Positions 10,177 to 21,364 of a DNA stretch of 62,632 nucleotides are shown here, piece by piece. Each line of letters opens with the position of its first letter. Position 1 is the first letter of the stretch. The notes beneath the pieces were generated by a model. It was not told where the DNA came from. It did no database searches and saw only the letters and a list, made by a program, of their open reading frames with translations. Source of the stretch: a virus (taxonomy: Duplodnaviria; Caudoviricetes); IMG/VR virus record IMGVR_UViG_3300029319_009000, positions 1 through 62,632 of that record; one strand, 5' to 3'. Made by a program: the position numbers and the translations under genes.

Positions 10177-10203
10177 TTTCGTTTACCTTAAAATGCAACA
10201 CAT

Positions 10204-13200
10204 TTAATACAAATTATTATTTCCAGCACTTGTCATGTTATCTGTAGCTTGCCGCATCGGAGTCATTTGTCTGTTTTGATTTGTTTGTCTGTTTTGATTT
10301 GTTTGCCTGTTTTGCATCGGTGTTGCTCGATCTAGAGCCTCGGCAATTCCCATTGGCACCATTTGGGCTATAGATCTGTTTCTACTAAAACTCTCAGATC
10401 TTCTTCCAGTGTATCTAGGGACATTCATGATGCTGGGGTTTTGCATTTTGTTTCTTGTTGCCAATATAAGTCTCGTATTTCCATTGATGTATACTTGCAT
10501 ATCTCTTGGCTCTTCAACAACCCCGCTTACACTGTTCGCTTCACTATTATTATTTATTGCAAAATTAATAACAAAATGTTCATTGTAAATTGGCATATTT
10601 AAAAAATCATACTCTTTTATACCATAAAGTTCTTTTTGATATGGAATCATTCTGCACATAATATTACCACCACGCCCTGTGAGAACTTTCCAAGCATCAT
10701 TTGTCATTTCTTGCCATATTGGATTATTAATATCTGAATTATCATATCCTATTAAATATTCCACTTTAACAATCTTTTTGAAATTTAAAATAAAAAATGA
10801 CAGAAATTCTGGTGTTTGGTAGAAAACCTTATTTTTTTCAATTGGCTTTGAATCTGCAATCAAAAAATCTTTTGCATCCAAAGGAGAAACTCTTTCTTGG
10901 CTGACTTGGTATTCATAAGCCTCGGGTTTTCTAGCTTGAAGCTGGTTTTTTAAAGATTCAAACGATGGATTGTTCAGCTTTTTTTCATAATCCAAATGCA
11001 AAAACAGTGCTTTTACATGATTTGGCGCTCTTTTTAGGGGAGAGTTTGAATATTCATATAAGTTATCTTGCTTTCTTTTTTCGATCCAATCAGAAAATTC
11101 TCTATATACTTCTTTTGGGTTTGTGTAATAGTCCCACTTTGAAGATGAATCACTAAAAACATTAAAATACTTTTGCTGAATGATCGTTAAAAGCATAGTA
11201 GTTATATCTGCATTAGATTTTGAAATATCTTGCCCACTTTTTGTTTTAATCGATACTTGATTATTAGCCATTAAATAAGATGTGTCATATTTCATTTCAC
11301 TATTTATGTCTTTTCTGGCAAATTTGCTCCTAGTTCTGCCTCTAGCATCTTCATTGTTCACACTAGAATCAAAATCTTGTGTATTTAAAGCGTTGTATCT
11401 AACAATATTTAAAAAGGCATTGTTGGCTAAGTCAATATCTGAATTTAACGAACCATTGTTCAAGATTTTTTGTGATTTAGAATTATTAAAGTTAATTACA
11501 GATGGGCTTAAATATGCGTATTTTGTAAATCCTACTGAGTCTGCTGGATTCAATATGTTTTCGTCTTTGTGTATTGCTATATTTTTTTGCATATCATTAG
11601 TGTCAACAACTGCACTCGGCATTTCTGGGAATAGCCTTGATGTTTCTAAAGAAATCCTATTGTCATATTCAATCGCTGTTAATGTTTTTAGACCCACAGA
11701 AACATTAGCATCTTCTTTTGCAGTGTCGCCTAGAGACAAAAAATCGTATCCAGTTAAATGATCGATATTTGCATTTATCTTTGTTTTAAATTTATGATCA
11801 ATCGTATAACTTCTAGCCTTTCTAGAGTTTACATGCACAGATTCTACTCCTAATGAATCTGTGTTTTTTTGATATTTTATTGTAGAATTACGAACATTTA
11901 AAATTTTTCTATAAATATCTTCCATCGCCTTAAAGGCAATATCAACACCAGTTGGGTTTCCAAATTCAACAGAAGAAATTGTTGTTAAGAATGAAAACAA
12001 ATCAGCTTTTCTTTTATCACTTTTAAATGATACAAATTTTTGTAAAATATAAAAAAATTGATATATTTTATTATATGAAAATCCTGCTCCAAACATATTA
12101 TTTAATGTTGAAATTCCAGCTTGATTAAACCTATTTGTATTCGAATTAAATAAATTTTTACTTTTCTTACTGCATACAACATAATCGTTATAGCAATAAG
12201 AATCTACCTGATCATACAAGATTCTCTCTATACTTCTTAGCCTATCGTCTAGCCAAGTCGATATTGGATCGTCCATTGTTGCTTCTACAGAAAACACGTA
12301 CTCTCCACTTTTTGGAGTTCCAATATCTGTGCCAGTGTAACACTTTATGGCATTAGACAGGTAGTTATCTAAAAGTGGCAAATCTACATCTATCTCACTT
12401 ATCGAACCAACAGGGATAGAAGTTTGTGAATCTATCTGTGTTTTTGACAGCAGCCTTCCATTTTTTTGGTCCGTAGTGTTAACAACTAATTTAGCCTCGT
12501 CATTTTTTATCGGTTCGTTTAAGTCTATAGTGGGATGAGTTCTATTGTGTTCTAAAATTCTGTGCCTATAAATTTTAAGATCTTTTATTATTTTTTTATT
12601 TAAGATTTCATTTAGACCATTGCCACTATCGCCATGCATTAAATGATTAGCTAGACCGGGGAGATTTGTGTTTTGAGCTATCGCTTCAGCTAAATTAAAT
12701 GAAAAACTAAATCTAGTATTACCAGATCCATCCATACCAAGATACATTTCTCCAAAAACACTTTTACCTTTTGAACCAAACATAGAACTATCAACATGAG
12801 AATAATCAAAATCTATTTTTTTTATTTCTTCCAATTCCCTATAATCTTGTATTATATTGTTTGAAAGATATGATACAGTCAACTTTGGTCCCATATCTTT
12901 CCCCGGTTCACCAGCCATATATCCTATGTAACCATTTGGACCGGGGTTTTCTGGTCCATGATAGTGAACTGCGCCGTTCCAAATTGATGCAGAAGAATAG
13001 TCTTTTCCTATAACTCTCCCGGCACTGTCTTTTAAATCTGGGAATGGTATCTCGTTCCCATTTCTAACATCGGTATTATTAACGTAAAATACCTGATTAA
13101 TGCTTTTAACAGAACCATTCTGTATGACATTTTGACCTGTAATTTCTCCTAGCATCATTTTGTCAAAAATAACAGGTCTTTTGTTGCGGCGTCTCCCGGA

Positions 13201-13782
13201 TGCTCTACCTTCCCCCATCATTTCAGATTCATCTATATAGACATATGCAAAATATGCCAAATGATTTGTTTTAGTTCCCCCAGCAACTTCCTTTACGTGT
13301 GTTGTAAATTTATATGGAAAGCAATACGATTTTTGCCCTCCTCCATAATTTTTTACTTCTATAGTGTTATTGCTTATTTGATAATTCGATGGCTTATTGC
13401 CTTCATATTCTGTAGCTTGCTTAGTTATAAATGTTAGCCCTTCATATCTTTTAGCTTCTAAAAGACCACCAGACTTAATCCACTCAGTAGGATTAGAAGT
13501 TATCTCTTCTGTCAAAGAAGGGTCTGTGCTCTGAATTAGCCGTATTTTTCTATTTTTTGATTGATTATCATTAACCATAAAAGAGTAAGCTTCAAGAGAC
13601 CTTCCATCAAGCGGCACCTCAATCATTAATGTCAAATCAACTTGCATAACTTCAGAGTTATTAACTTCACTCAAAGTTGAATCTAAGCCAGTTTTTATAT
13701 ATGGATTATCAGATTTAAGGCTAGTATCCGCACCTTGTCTCATAACAATGCTTAAGAAATCAACTTTTGGTAACATCAACAT
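10204..13782 (-). CDS. Large hypothetical virion-module protein (1192 aa)
   Basis: Long ORF overlapping the stop of the upstream gene; no family recognised. Confidence 0.5.
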   Translation of the reverse strand: MLMLPKVDFLSIVMRQGADTSLKSDNPYIKTGLDSTLSEVNNSEVMQVDLTLMIEVPLDGRSLEAYSFMVNDNQSKNRKIRLIQSTDPSLTEEITSNPTEWIKSGGLLEAKRYEGLTFITKQATEYEGNKPSNYQISNNTIEVKNYGGGQKSYCFPYKFTTHVKEVAGGTKTNHLAYFAYVYIDESEMMGEGRASGRRRNKRPVIFDKMMLGEITGQNVIQNGSVKSINQVFYVNNTDVRNGNEIPFPDLKDSAGRVIGKDYSSASIWNGAVHYHGPENPGPNGYIGYMAGEPGKDMGPKLTVSYLSNNIIQDYRELEEIKKIDFDYSHVDSSMFGSKGKSVFGEMYLGMDGSGNTRFSFSFNLAEAIAQNTNLPGLANHLMHGDSGNGLNEILNKKIIKDLKIYRHRILEHNRTHPTIDLNEPIKNDEAKLVVNTTDQKNGRLLSKTQIDSQTSIPVGSISEIDVDLPLLDNYLSNAIKCYTGTDIGTPKSGEYVFSVEATMDDPISTWLDDRLRSIERILYDQVDSYCYNDYVVCSKKSKNLFNSNTNRFNQAGISTLNNMFGAGFSYNKIYQFFYILQKFVSFKSDKRKADLFSFLTTISSVEFGNPTGVDIAFKAMEDIYRKILNVRNSTIKYQKNTDSLGVESVHVNSRKARSYTIDHKFKTKINANIDHLTGYDFLSLGDTAKEDANVSVGLKTLTAIEYDNRISLETSRLFPEMPSAVVDTNDMQKNIAIHKDENILNPADSVGFTKYAYLSPSVINFNNSKSQKILNNGSLNSDIDLANNAFLNIVRYNALNTQDFDSSVNNEDARGRTRSKFARKDINSEMKYDTSYLMANNQVSIKTKSGQDISKSNADITTMLLTIIQQKYFNVFSDSSSKWDYYTNPKEVYREFSDWIEKRKQDNLYEYSNSPLKRAPNHVKALFLHLDYEKKLNNPSFESLKNQLQARKPEAYEYQVSQERVSPLDAKDFLIADSKPIEKNKVFYQTPEFLSFFILNFKKIVKVEYLIGYDNSDINNPIWQEMTNDAWKVLTGRGGNIMCRMIPYQKELYGIKEYDFLNMPIYNEHFVINFAINNNSEANSVSGVVEEPRDMQVYINGNTRLILATRNKMQNPSIMNVPRYTGRRSESFSRNRSIAQMVPMGIAEALDRATPMQNRQTNQNRQTNQNRQMTPMRQATDNMTSAGNNNLY
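10267..10314 (-). repeat. In-frame 18-nt tandem repeat encoding QNRQTN x2.7
   Basis: QNRQTNQNRQTNQNRQ near the C-terminus of the 1192-aa ORF. Confidence 0.85.
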
Positions 13783-14876
13783 GGCTCCTTATCATCATTG
13801 CTTGGAGTGTCATAGACGCTCTGCATTTGTTGTGAAATAGTAATATTTTCTTGTATTTCTTCGTCAACCATAACATCTAAATAATATTCAACATTGCTGG
13901 TTGTCTGGGGTGATCCAAATTCCGGGTTATCAAATAAACTTTCATTGGCTTGTTCTTTTTTCATAAAATAGAGTGGTCTTAAATTTTCCGTAAGTCCGGG
14001 AGTGTTGGGGGTGATCCAGCCTGCACCTTCGATTACTTCATAAACTTCAATATCAAAATTTTCGTTTTCAAATATAGAGTTTAATTCTCCAACATCTACA
14101 AGAATGTGTTCTTTTTCTACTTTTATGTACGAGTTGTCTGGGAAAGTATATATATCTACACTAACGTCTTCTTGGCTTTCTGGTGCCGGAGCAGGCTTAA
14201 TTTTTATGTCATAAACTGCCTCGACATCTATTTGTGGTATTTGTAATAGACCTCCAGCTCCCGTATAAAGCTCTTGTCCATCCTCTGAGTTTAGGTTTGT
14301 TATCTCTCCGCTATGGAAGTTTAATTTCCAAGCTGGGGCTTTGGAAGTGTTATGTTCGCTCGTTCCCATGGGCAGACCCATGTTGTGGTAATTGTCAATG
14401 CTGGTTGGAGGCGCTTGCAAGATTTCATCTATTGTGTCGTCAACATTGAAGTGATAGATGATTAAGGACTGGTATGCTGTCCCTCCACCTTCGAGCGGTA
14501 TCTCTTTGAGGATCGGGGTGAGGTCATCCGCCTGTAAGAAACCATCGACCAGTTCTCCACTATCTAAAGAAAGAATCTGCTTTTCTTTGTTGATCCAAGA
14601 TTCAACACCAGCATAATTATATTGCACCTCTGTTCTAATTGCATTTCTAATCCTGTCAGAAGTATCTACAGAATTCTCTAATGCTGTAGAGGTAATGGAG
14701 TCCCCGTTGCCTTTTTTTGCCATTCCATTAGTTGACATATATTCGCTGTCATACACGACATCATCGTCAAAAAAAGCATAATAAGCAGGTTGAAATGTCC
14801 CACGAGACATTAAGCCCTTGCCATATTGTGTCATTTGCAGTTCTAAAACTTGTTCTTTTCTATCTAAAAATTTCAT
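13776..14876 (-). CDS. Hypothetical virion protein, N-terminus paralogous to 4836-5783
   Basis: MKFLD..MTQYGKGLMSRG.F...YYAFFDDDVVYD aligns by eye with MAFLD..LTDAGRARLARG..F..KYAFADDEIDY. Confidence 0.55.
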   Translation of the reverse strand: MKFLDRKEQVLELQMTQYGKGLMSRGTFQPAYYAFFDDDVVYDSEYMSTNGMAKKGNGDSITSTALENSVDTSDRIRNAIRTEVQYNYAGVESWINKEKQILSLDSGELVDGFLQADDLTPILKEIPLEGGGTAYQSLIIYHFNVDDTIDEILQAPPTSIDNYHNMGLPMGTSEHNTSKAPAWKLNFHSGEITNLNSEDGQELYTGAGGLLQIPQIDVEAVYDIKIKPAPAPESQEDVSVDIYTFPDNSYIKVEKEHILVDVGELNSIFENENFDIEVYEVIEGAGWITPNTPGLTENLRPLYFMKKEQANESLFDNPEFGSPQTTSNVEYYLDVMVDEEIQENITISQQMQSVYDTPSNDDKEPC

Positions 14877-14882
14877 ATGTCA

Positions 14883-14890
14883 TAAATAGC
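14883..14890 (-). promoter_or_regulatory. CTAnTTA motif, 6 nt before ATG
   Basis: GCTATTTA-TGACAT-ATG(14876). Confidence 0.55.
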
Positions 14891-14915
14891 CGTTATTTTT
14901 CTTTTTATTAGTGAA

Positions 14916-17900
14916 TTATCGCTGCTTTTCTTGGTTTCCCTTTACGGAGGTAGTTGACCAGTTAACTTGATCTCTTTCTTTTACCTCTTGGCTCACTTCT
15001 CTTCTCTCACTTTCTTCATTTTTAATTCTATCTTCCAATCTTGGGTCATCTTGGTCTCTTGGGTCAAGTTTTGTCGGCTCAAAAGTAATTGAAGTCTCAA
15101 TTTTGCCCAATTCTACGAGCGAAAAGAAGTCATACGGCCAGTTGTAACTGTATGTTAGCTGCTTGCCAGACACACCAAGCTTTCCTTTTGGATCTAACTC
15201 TGACAAACCGAAGCCTTTGTTGTCATCTTGCGTCAAAGAAGCACCAAAGTAGTTGTTTTTACCTCTTTGCTTTACCTTGAACACCATCCATCTAATATCT
15301 TTCGGAAATATGGACGATCTTGTTGTATCATCGTCATCTTTGGCAGATAAAACCTTTGGATCGACGCCAAAAAACTCTAAATTTGGTCCAGTTAAGAAAG
15401 GATGCTCAATAATTGACTCTGATTCTTCTGCTACTAATGAAATATCCGGCATTAAGTTCTGCCAAATGTAAGAAAGATCTTGTTTTGTAAGTTTGTGATT
15501 AAAATCGAAGATATACATAACAAAAGGATCTACTTCTTTATTGTTAACAAAATCCAAGTGAGGAGGAATAACAAACTTTTTCATTTTTTGAATCATATCT
15601 GTAATAGAAGTTCTCTTAATATCCTCTGTGATTCCGGGGAAATCACCTTTTTTAACAGCCAAGCCTTCTTTTTCAAGGTTATTTAACTGAGTCGCAAACG
15701 CTTTCTTTGGAATATTTACTTTAGTTCCATCCGTATTGATTGGGATTGCAACAATCGCCTCACTAATCACTTTGCTTTCCGCTAATTGACCAACTCTTTT
15801 CTTTTTGATATCAAATCCGCAAACATCAGCTAAAGATCCAGTTGTAGGAATTGACAAAGTTCTATCTGCCCCCGCCCTGCCAGATACACTAATCTTTGCA
15901 GGACCACGATCTCCACCTGCGGTCCCTTTCGGCTCTGCTTCTGTGGCATTAGTTATTTGCTCAAATGGATTTTTAATTTGCAAGAAAATACCGGCGTTTT
16001 GCTCCGGTATTTGTCCAAAAGTTCTCCACATACCAGTTGTTAATTCTCTTTCGTTTCCATCGCCGTCTCTGTATGTATTCAATATATTGTGGTTTGAAAA
16101 ATCTAAAGTGGGACATTCAAACTTTGATTCAATAATCCAAACATCATTTTCTGTATTATCTGGTTCGACAATGCTGTTTGGCTTATAAGACACTGATCCG
16201 TCGTCTCCAAACACAGGAATGTAAGTTGTTTTCTTTTGTCCTGTTCTTTGGAAAAGATTAACGGAAGAATTAACCTGCATTTGATTTAAAAACGCAGAGG
16301 CATACTGCACCCTGTATGATGAATTCTCTAAAAATCTTCCATTTGAATTTTCTCCAAAATTAAGATACCTTGTCTCTATCTCGGCAGAGGACAAAATTTC
16401 TGATAGTGTGAACTTGTCAGAGTCTCCCGGCTCCATATCTCTTAATGCATGTGGTCTAAAAGCAACCCTAGCAACAGATGTCCCGTAAAAGTATGGAGGA
16501 GTGTATGGGGCTGGTGCTGGGTCCTGTAATGAATCGAGCTGTTTATCCTGATGTGTACCCATATCAGCGAAAGGATATCTAGGACTAAAGTTTGGTCCAT
16601 AATGCATGCCACGAGCGCCAACAGAAGATGTGTACTGTCTTAAGGAGGCGGGTCTGGAGGATGCAGTGATGTATGTGCTTACATTAAAAAGATTATCTGG
16701 TCCTTCATACATTTTGAAGCCATCTGTTTTTGACAGGACTACATCTAAGAAATATGTCGTGCCAGAAACCATGGTTTTAAAATCTTTTTCTGGTTTAGAT
16801 ACAAAAGTTGTGACCTGCTGATCTTCTAAAAAGAAATCAACTGTCTCTGCCATAAAATTACTCATGGCTAAATTATACCTACTATCAAATTCACCTTTCC
16901 AAGCAAAATTTGGAGTGGGTCTACTGTATCCAGCATTGCTATACCAAGATTTAAATTCTTCTGATCCAGATATATAGTTATCTGCTGCGCCAGAGCCGTA
17001 ATGCACCAGAGTGCTGTATCTTCTAGCCTGATTACTTTGTCCCAAGTCTGCATTCAAATAATTTGGCCATATGTGATACAAAGACGCATCGGGTCTATCT
17101 GCAAGATTTTGTATAGTATTAGGATTAAAAACTGGCAAATGCTTCTCCGGTGATATCAAAGCTTCAAATGGCAATCTATAATCTGGGTGAAAATGTGCGT
17201 ATCCTCCTGCTCTGAAGCCGTATGCAGAATTTATTGCCTGAATGCCTGACAAGGATGGGTCCAATGGTAGAGGTATTTTTTCTTCAATTGATCCTGTAAT
17301 TACCGGCCAATCAACAGCGATACCAGACTTAATGGTATTAAACATAATGCCCGGAGCAAAGAATGGCTGTATCAAAGAAGCTAACTGCTGAGTCTGTTGG
17401 TCACTATCAACGCTAGATTTATTATCGTAGTTTCCTGTCAAGTGAGGTCCATAAGAAGAAGAAAACAGTTGCCCAAGCTGAACTGTTCTTAGAGCAGGAT
17501 AAAATCCTTGGTATGGTAATAGCTTTTTAATTCCCTTACATTTAATCTTTATTTTTGAAGGGTTAAGCATTGTATTTTCTTTTGATACAGAGGTGTTAGT
17601 ATGATCATCAGCAAAGACATCAAAGTGCTTCATAAAATCTGTATGTGAGTAAATTCTATAGAACTCTTCATTAAGACTTGTGGCATTTTCGGAATCTGCA
17701 CTAGCTGTAATTGAAGTGCTAGCACCAATCAAATCTACAAACTTTCTATTTGCTGCTCCAAAGCCTTGCTTTAAATAGTATTCTATGTGATCAGAAATTC
17801 TAAACTCTGGGATTACCGTGAAATCTTTTCCTATTCTTCTAATATCATTTGAATAATCATCATAGGAATCAAACCAAGGATTTCTACTTGCTGTTATATT

Positions 17901-20900
17901 TGCTGTCCAATTAGGAATAAGGCTCATGTGTGCTATAGTATAATTTGACCCAGATTGATTTGGATCGTTACCAGACAAAGCGAAGTTCGGATATTCATAA
18001 CTAAGTGATGCACTAATTGGAGATGTTCCATTTAGCGTTGTTGAGTAAGATGTGTTTAGACCTTGGACTGGCACTCTGTACAAATTATAGATCCAATTGT
18101 TGTAAGAAAGCTCTCCGTTTAATGACTTTAATGATATGCTTGCTGGTAGGTTTAGCGAACCCTCACCTTTACCAGTAATTGTTGTTCCGCTAAGAAATCC
18201 GTCTGCACCAGTTGGGGCGATATCAACAACAGGATAGTGAGCATCTAAAGGCCAGCAACTTAAATCAATTACATTTTCATATGATGTGGTTTTAAATGTC
18301 CCTACATCAATCGGGCTTCCAAAAGCACTGGTGGCGAGTCCAATAGATCTAAGCCTGTCAATTGGGTTATCTCGCCAAAAAGTTCTTGCTTCTCCAGATG
18401 CTCTATTGAAATCATCAGATCCACTAGCCTCTCCATAATTTTCTCTCATTCTGGTTTTTGCCAAGAATGTGTAAGATTCTCTAGGATAAACAACTTCTTT
18501 ATATGTAAATGATGGAACCCACCTAATTGGGTTGGCTCCGGGCACTAAACCTCCATTTTCGTTATTGATATAAATTCTTTTTAGATCATCGTAAACTTGC
18601 TTTGCGTATTCTGGCTCGAATCCTAAGATATCAGTAAGGCTATCAAATACCCCTTGGACTCCAGCAGTGTTTGTCATAGTAAAGTAAGCTAAATTATTAG
18701 CATAACTGCTGTCAATAATGATTTCTTCTCCACCCGTCCCATCTTCTTTTTGGTAATTCCAAAGCATAACTTGGTGTCTTAGTGGCTTAAACTTGGAGCT
18801 TACTGGTGGCTCAATATAGGATACAAGTGTTTTTGGATAAAGAAATTGCTGCGTTCCTTGATCATTTGTTATTAATGTTTGTGTTTCTTTAACAACAGAT
18901 AATCTGTTGTTCTTTCTCATATCTTTTACAATTGGATTATCTGCTTGCCTTACTTGTTTCCAAGATGGAAAGCCACTAGCACCGTTTAAGTTAAGGTTAA
19001 TAGAGTTTAAAAGAAGACCCGTGCTAATTTCTGCGTTTGCTGCAAAAAGATCCGTAGAAGAAGTTGCTTCAATTAAGTTCGATCCAGTTGTTAAAGTTTT
19101 CAATATATTTGAATTTAAACCTACAAAATCAACTGGTATTATTTCTCCACTAGATTGATGTGCTCCAGTTATACTCGCACTAACAAATGTAATATCTGTT
19201 GATGCTAGCGATGCATTTGAATTGTTTGGTTGTTCGTATCCAAAAATAACATTTGTTGCAGAAGCCGTCACCCAAGAATACTGCATATCGCTTTGTGGGA
19301 TCATATGCTGAACAAAGGCGTTGTCATAGACTGTACCAGTTGAAAATACACCACCTGTTTCGACAATTCTTTTTGCTGCGTTTCTTTGGGTTTTGTGAAA
19401 CGAAGCAATACCTACTCCGTCAATTCCCGCTCCGCCAGAAAACTTTCCGTTTGATGCTGCGGCTGCTGCGCCTTCTATTGTATAGTTATCCACATTGCTA
19501 ACAATACTTGTATTTCCGCCAGAGCCTGCCGTATTTTGAGTTATTGTTAAGACATATGAATTTGTAGCATATGATACTGTTACCTTTGAAGCAATAGTGC
19601 TAGCCTCAATAGAAGTTTTTAAATTATCTAGACCATGCTGAGATCCGCCACGAGAAAAAAGTGTCGCACTGGTTGTTGATCCATCGCATGTAAATGTTGC
19701 AAATGCCCCGTCAGTAGTAACAATAGTCAATGATCTGCCTGCGGTGGGGGCATTAGTTGCTGTAATTGTTGTTGAAGCAGCGACTGATTGCCCTCCAAAG
19801 GGAGAGTGGTTTTTTAACATCTCTCTTAAAGGTGATCGAACGGCTAAGTTTCTATATGGTAAAGCGTTATATACGGAAAAAGTCTCAGATTCTGCATCTA
19901 AATAACCCGCTCCCATGGTATCTGGTCCACCCGGAGAGCTAAATCGATTTACAAAAATGTGTTTATTTGTCCCTCTATCTGGGACTGTTCTGTCATACAG
20001 TCCACTTATAGGTGCAGAAGCAACAGAAGAGGTGCTAATACCATCATTTTCTACAAAATATCTATTATTTATAGCACGATCTGGTATTTGTATGATTTCA
20101 TAATCATGTGAATAATTTCCTAAAGCTATTGTGCTTCCTAAATCATTTGTTGTTCCTGCTAAACCGGGATTGTTTGAACTAGTTATATTTTTAATATTTT
20201 TAATATTTACAGGACTTTTCGCTATGTGATCCCTAGAGTACCCTGCTCTTGGATATCCAGCAGCTATTGCAGATGGATTGTAAATTACAAAGTAGGTTTC
20301 TCCTAAGAGTTCAGTTGTTGTTGTATACCACCCCTCTTGCCTTGTTGTAGCGAGACCTATGTTTATACCCGTATGTCTATATTGATAGCCCCCAACATGT
20401 TGCTCTGTAAATGGACCCTGTGCGGGTATTTCTTTAGTCTCTAAATAATAATCTTGCAAATGTTGAGAGGTCTTAAAATAACCTGTTGGGTCTGTATTTT
20501 GACTTCCAACAGACGAAGTATAGAAAACTACTGGAGAGGTTAATCTCCCTGAGAATGCGGTTGTGCTATCTGTGCCTCTTTGGGTAGCGAATTCTGGCTT
20601 AAATTTATAATTTGGATTGACTTTTAAAGTATCATTAGTTATAACATCTTTTGCGAATGTAGTAGTATTTGTTTTTAGATTATTGTTTGTCAAAGGGGCA
20701 GTTTCTGCAAAGATAAATTGTCTTCTATTGAGATCTCTTCTTAAGCCAATTTTGTCTACACTAAGACGAGCTGGTGCGAATCTATTCCTATTATATGCTT
20801 GAACAGAAGCAGAAAATATTAACCCCTTACTGCTATCAACACCAGAGTCGCCGCTGGATAGTATTTCCTCCCTTTGTGCTCTGTATTTCCACCATTCAGT

Positions 20901-21362
20901 GTTGTCTTGTTGGTTACTATCAAACCCTCCAGAAAATACACCATTAGATGCCGCACTAGAAGCTCCTCCAATCGTATAATTGTTTAGATTGCTAGTCACA
21001 ATTGTATTTCCAGCAACGCCTGTTTTGTTTTGGGTTATAGTTATAACAAATGGACCGCCGCCAGAACCTGCGACTGCACTGACTGTGACTTTAGATGCGA
21101 TTGAGCTAGACTCAATAGATGTTTTTAAGTTGTCTAGTCCGTGCTTGGAGCCTCCCCTTGAAAACAATGTAGCGGTGGTAGCACTTCCATGACAAGTAAA
21201 TTCTTGTGATGATCCGTCAGAGGTTCTAATGGTAATTTTTGTTCCCGCCGTTGGAGCATTGGTAGCCGTAATGGTTGTTGATGCCCCAATGCCATTAGCG
21301 CTTGGAGGGGTCGGTGCATGTCTATATCTCCATCCTTGAGCTTTGTTTGATTTTCTACCCAT
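14916..21362 (-). CDS. Giant virion/baseplate-associated protein (2148 aa) with a duplicated ~120-aa domain
   Basis: Long ORF coupled (TAATAATG) to the gpI-like gene; internal duplication; Ser/Thr/Gly rich. Confidence 0.6.
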   Translation of the reverse strand: MGRKSNKAQGWRYRHAPTPPSANGIGASTTITATNAPTAGTKITIRTSDGSSQEFTCHGSATTATLFSRGGSKHGLDNLKTSIESSSIASKVTVSAVAGSGGGPFVITITQNKTGVAGNTIVTSNLNNYTIGGASSAASNGVFSGGFDSNQQDNTEWWKYRAQREEILSSGDSGVDSSKGLIFSASVQAYNRNRFAPARLSVDKIGLRRDLNRRQFIFAETAPLTNNNLKTNTTTFAKDVITNDTLKVNPNYKFKPEFATQRGTDSTTAFSGRLTSPVVFYTSSVGSQNTDPTGYFKTSQHLQDYYLETKEIPAQGPFTEQHVGGYQYRHTGINIGLATTRQEGWYTTTTELLGETYFVIYNPSAIAAGYPRAGYSRDHIAKSPVNIKNIKNITSSNNPGLAGTTNDLGSTIALGNYSHDYEIIQIPDRAINNRYFVENDGISTSSVASAPISGLYDRTVPDRGTNKHIFVNRFSSPGGPDTMGAGYLDAESETFSVYNALPYRNLAVRSPLREMLKNHSPFGGQSVAASTTITATNAPTAGRSLTIVTTDGAFATFTCDGSTTSATLFSRGGSQHGLDNLKTSIEASTIASKVTVSYATNSYVLTITQNTAGSGGNTSIVSNVDNYTIEGAAAAASNGKFSGGAGIDGVGIASFHKTQRNAAKRIVETGGVFSTGTVYDNAFVQHMIPQSDMQYSWVTASATNVIFGYEQPNNSNASLASTDITFVSASITGAHQSSGEIIPVDFVGLNSNILKTLTTGSNLIEATSSTDLFAANAEISTGLLLNSINLNLNGASGFPSWKQVRQADNPIVKDMRKNNRLSVVKETQTLITNDQGTQQFLYPKTLVSYIEPPVSSKFKPLRHQVMLWNYQKEDGTGGEEIIIDSSYANNLAYFTMTNTAGVQGVFDSLTDILGFEPEYAKQVYDDLKRIYINNENGGLVPGANPIRWVPSFTYKEVVYPRESYTFLAKTRMRENYGEASGSDDFNRASGEARTFWRDNPIDRLRSIGLATSAFGSPIDVGTFKTTSYENVIDLSCWPLDAHYPVVDIAPTGADGFLSGTTITGKGEGSLNLPASISLKSLNGELSYNNWIYNLYRVPVQGLNTSYSTTLNGTSPISASLSYEYPNFALSGNDPNQSGSNYTIAHMSLIPNWTANITASRNPWFDSYDDYSNDIRRIGKDFTVIPEFRISDHIEYYLKQGFGAANRKFVDLIGASTSITASADSENATSLNEEFYRIYSHTDFMKHFDVFADDHTNTSVSKENTMLNPSKIKIKCKGIKKLLPYQGFYPALRTVQLGQLFSSSYGPHLTGNYDNKSSVDSDQQTQQLASLIQPFFAPGIMFNTIKSGIAVDWPVITGSIEEKIPLPLDPSLSGIQAINSAYGFRAGGYAHFHPDYRLPFEALISPEKHLPVFNPNTIQNLADRPDASLYHIWPNYLNADLGQSNQARRYSTLVHYGSGAADNYISGSEEFKSWYSNAGYSRPTPNFAWKGEFDSRYNLAMSNFMAETVDFFLEDQQVTTFVSKPEKDFKTMVSGTTYFLDVVLSKTDGFKMYEGPDNLFNVSTYITASSRPASLRQYTSSVGARGMHYGPNFSPRYPFADMGTHQDKQLDSLQDPAPAPYTPPYFYGTSVARVAFRPHALRDMEPGDSDKFTLSEILSSAEIETRYLNFGENSNGRFLENSSYRVQYASAFLNQMQVNSSVNLFQRTGQKKTTYIPVFGDDGSVSYKPNSIVEPDNTENDVWIIESKFECPTLDFSNHNILNTYRDGDGNERELTTGMWRTFGQIPEQNAGIFLQIKNPFEQITNATEAEPKGTAGGDRGPAKISVSGRAGADRTLSIPTTGSLADVCGFDIKKKRVGQLAESKVISEAIVAIPINTDGTKVNIPKKAFATQLNNLEKEGLAVKKGDFPGITEDIKRTSITDMIQKMKKFVIPPHLDFVNNKEVDPFVMYIFDFNHKLTKQDLSYIWQNLMPDISLVAEESESIIEHPFLTGPNLEFFGVDPKVLSAKDDDDTTRSSIFPKDIRWMVFKVKQRGKNNYFGASLTQDDNKGFGLSELDPKGKLGVSGKQLTYSYNWPYDFFSLVELGKIETSITFEPTKLDPRDQDDPRLEDRIKNEESERREVSQEVKERDQVNWSTTSVKGNQEKQR
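19431..19778 (-). repeat. Copy 2 of the ~120-aa duplicated domain
   Basis: ASTTITATNAPTAG...TLFSRGGSQHGLDNLKTSIE...ITQNTAG..GNT.I.SN...FSGG. Confidence 0.9.
20925..21284 (-). repeat. Copy 1 of the ~120-aa duplicated domain
   Basis: ASTTITATNAPTAG...TLFSRGGSKHGLDNLKTSIE...ITQNKTG..GNT...SN...FSGG. Confidence 0.9.
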
Positions 21363-21364
21363 TA

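Noticed and set aside
19431-21284. Diversity-generating retroelement TR/VR pair
   Set aside because: Both copies are coding within one ORF, differences are not confined to adenines, and there is no reverse transcriptase in the window.
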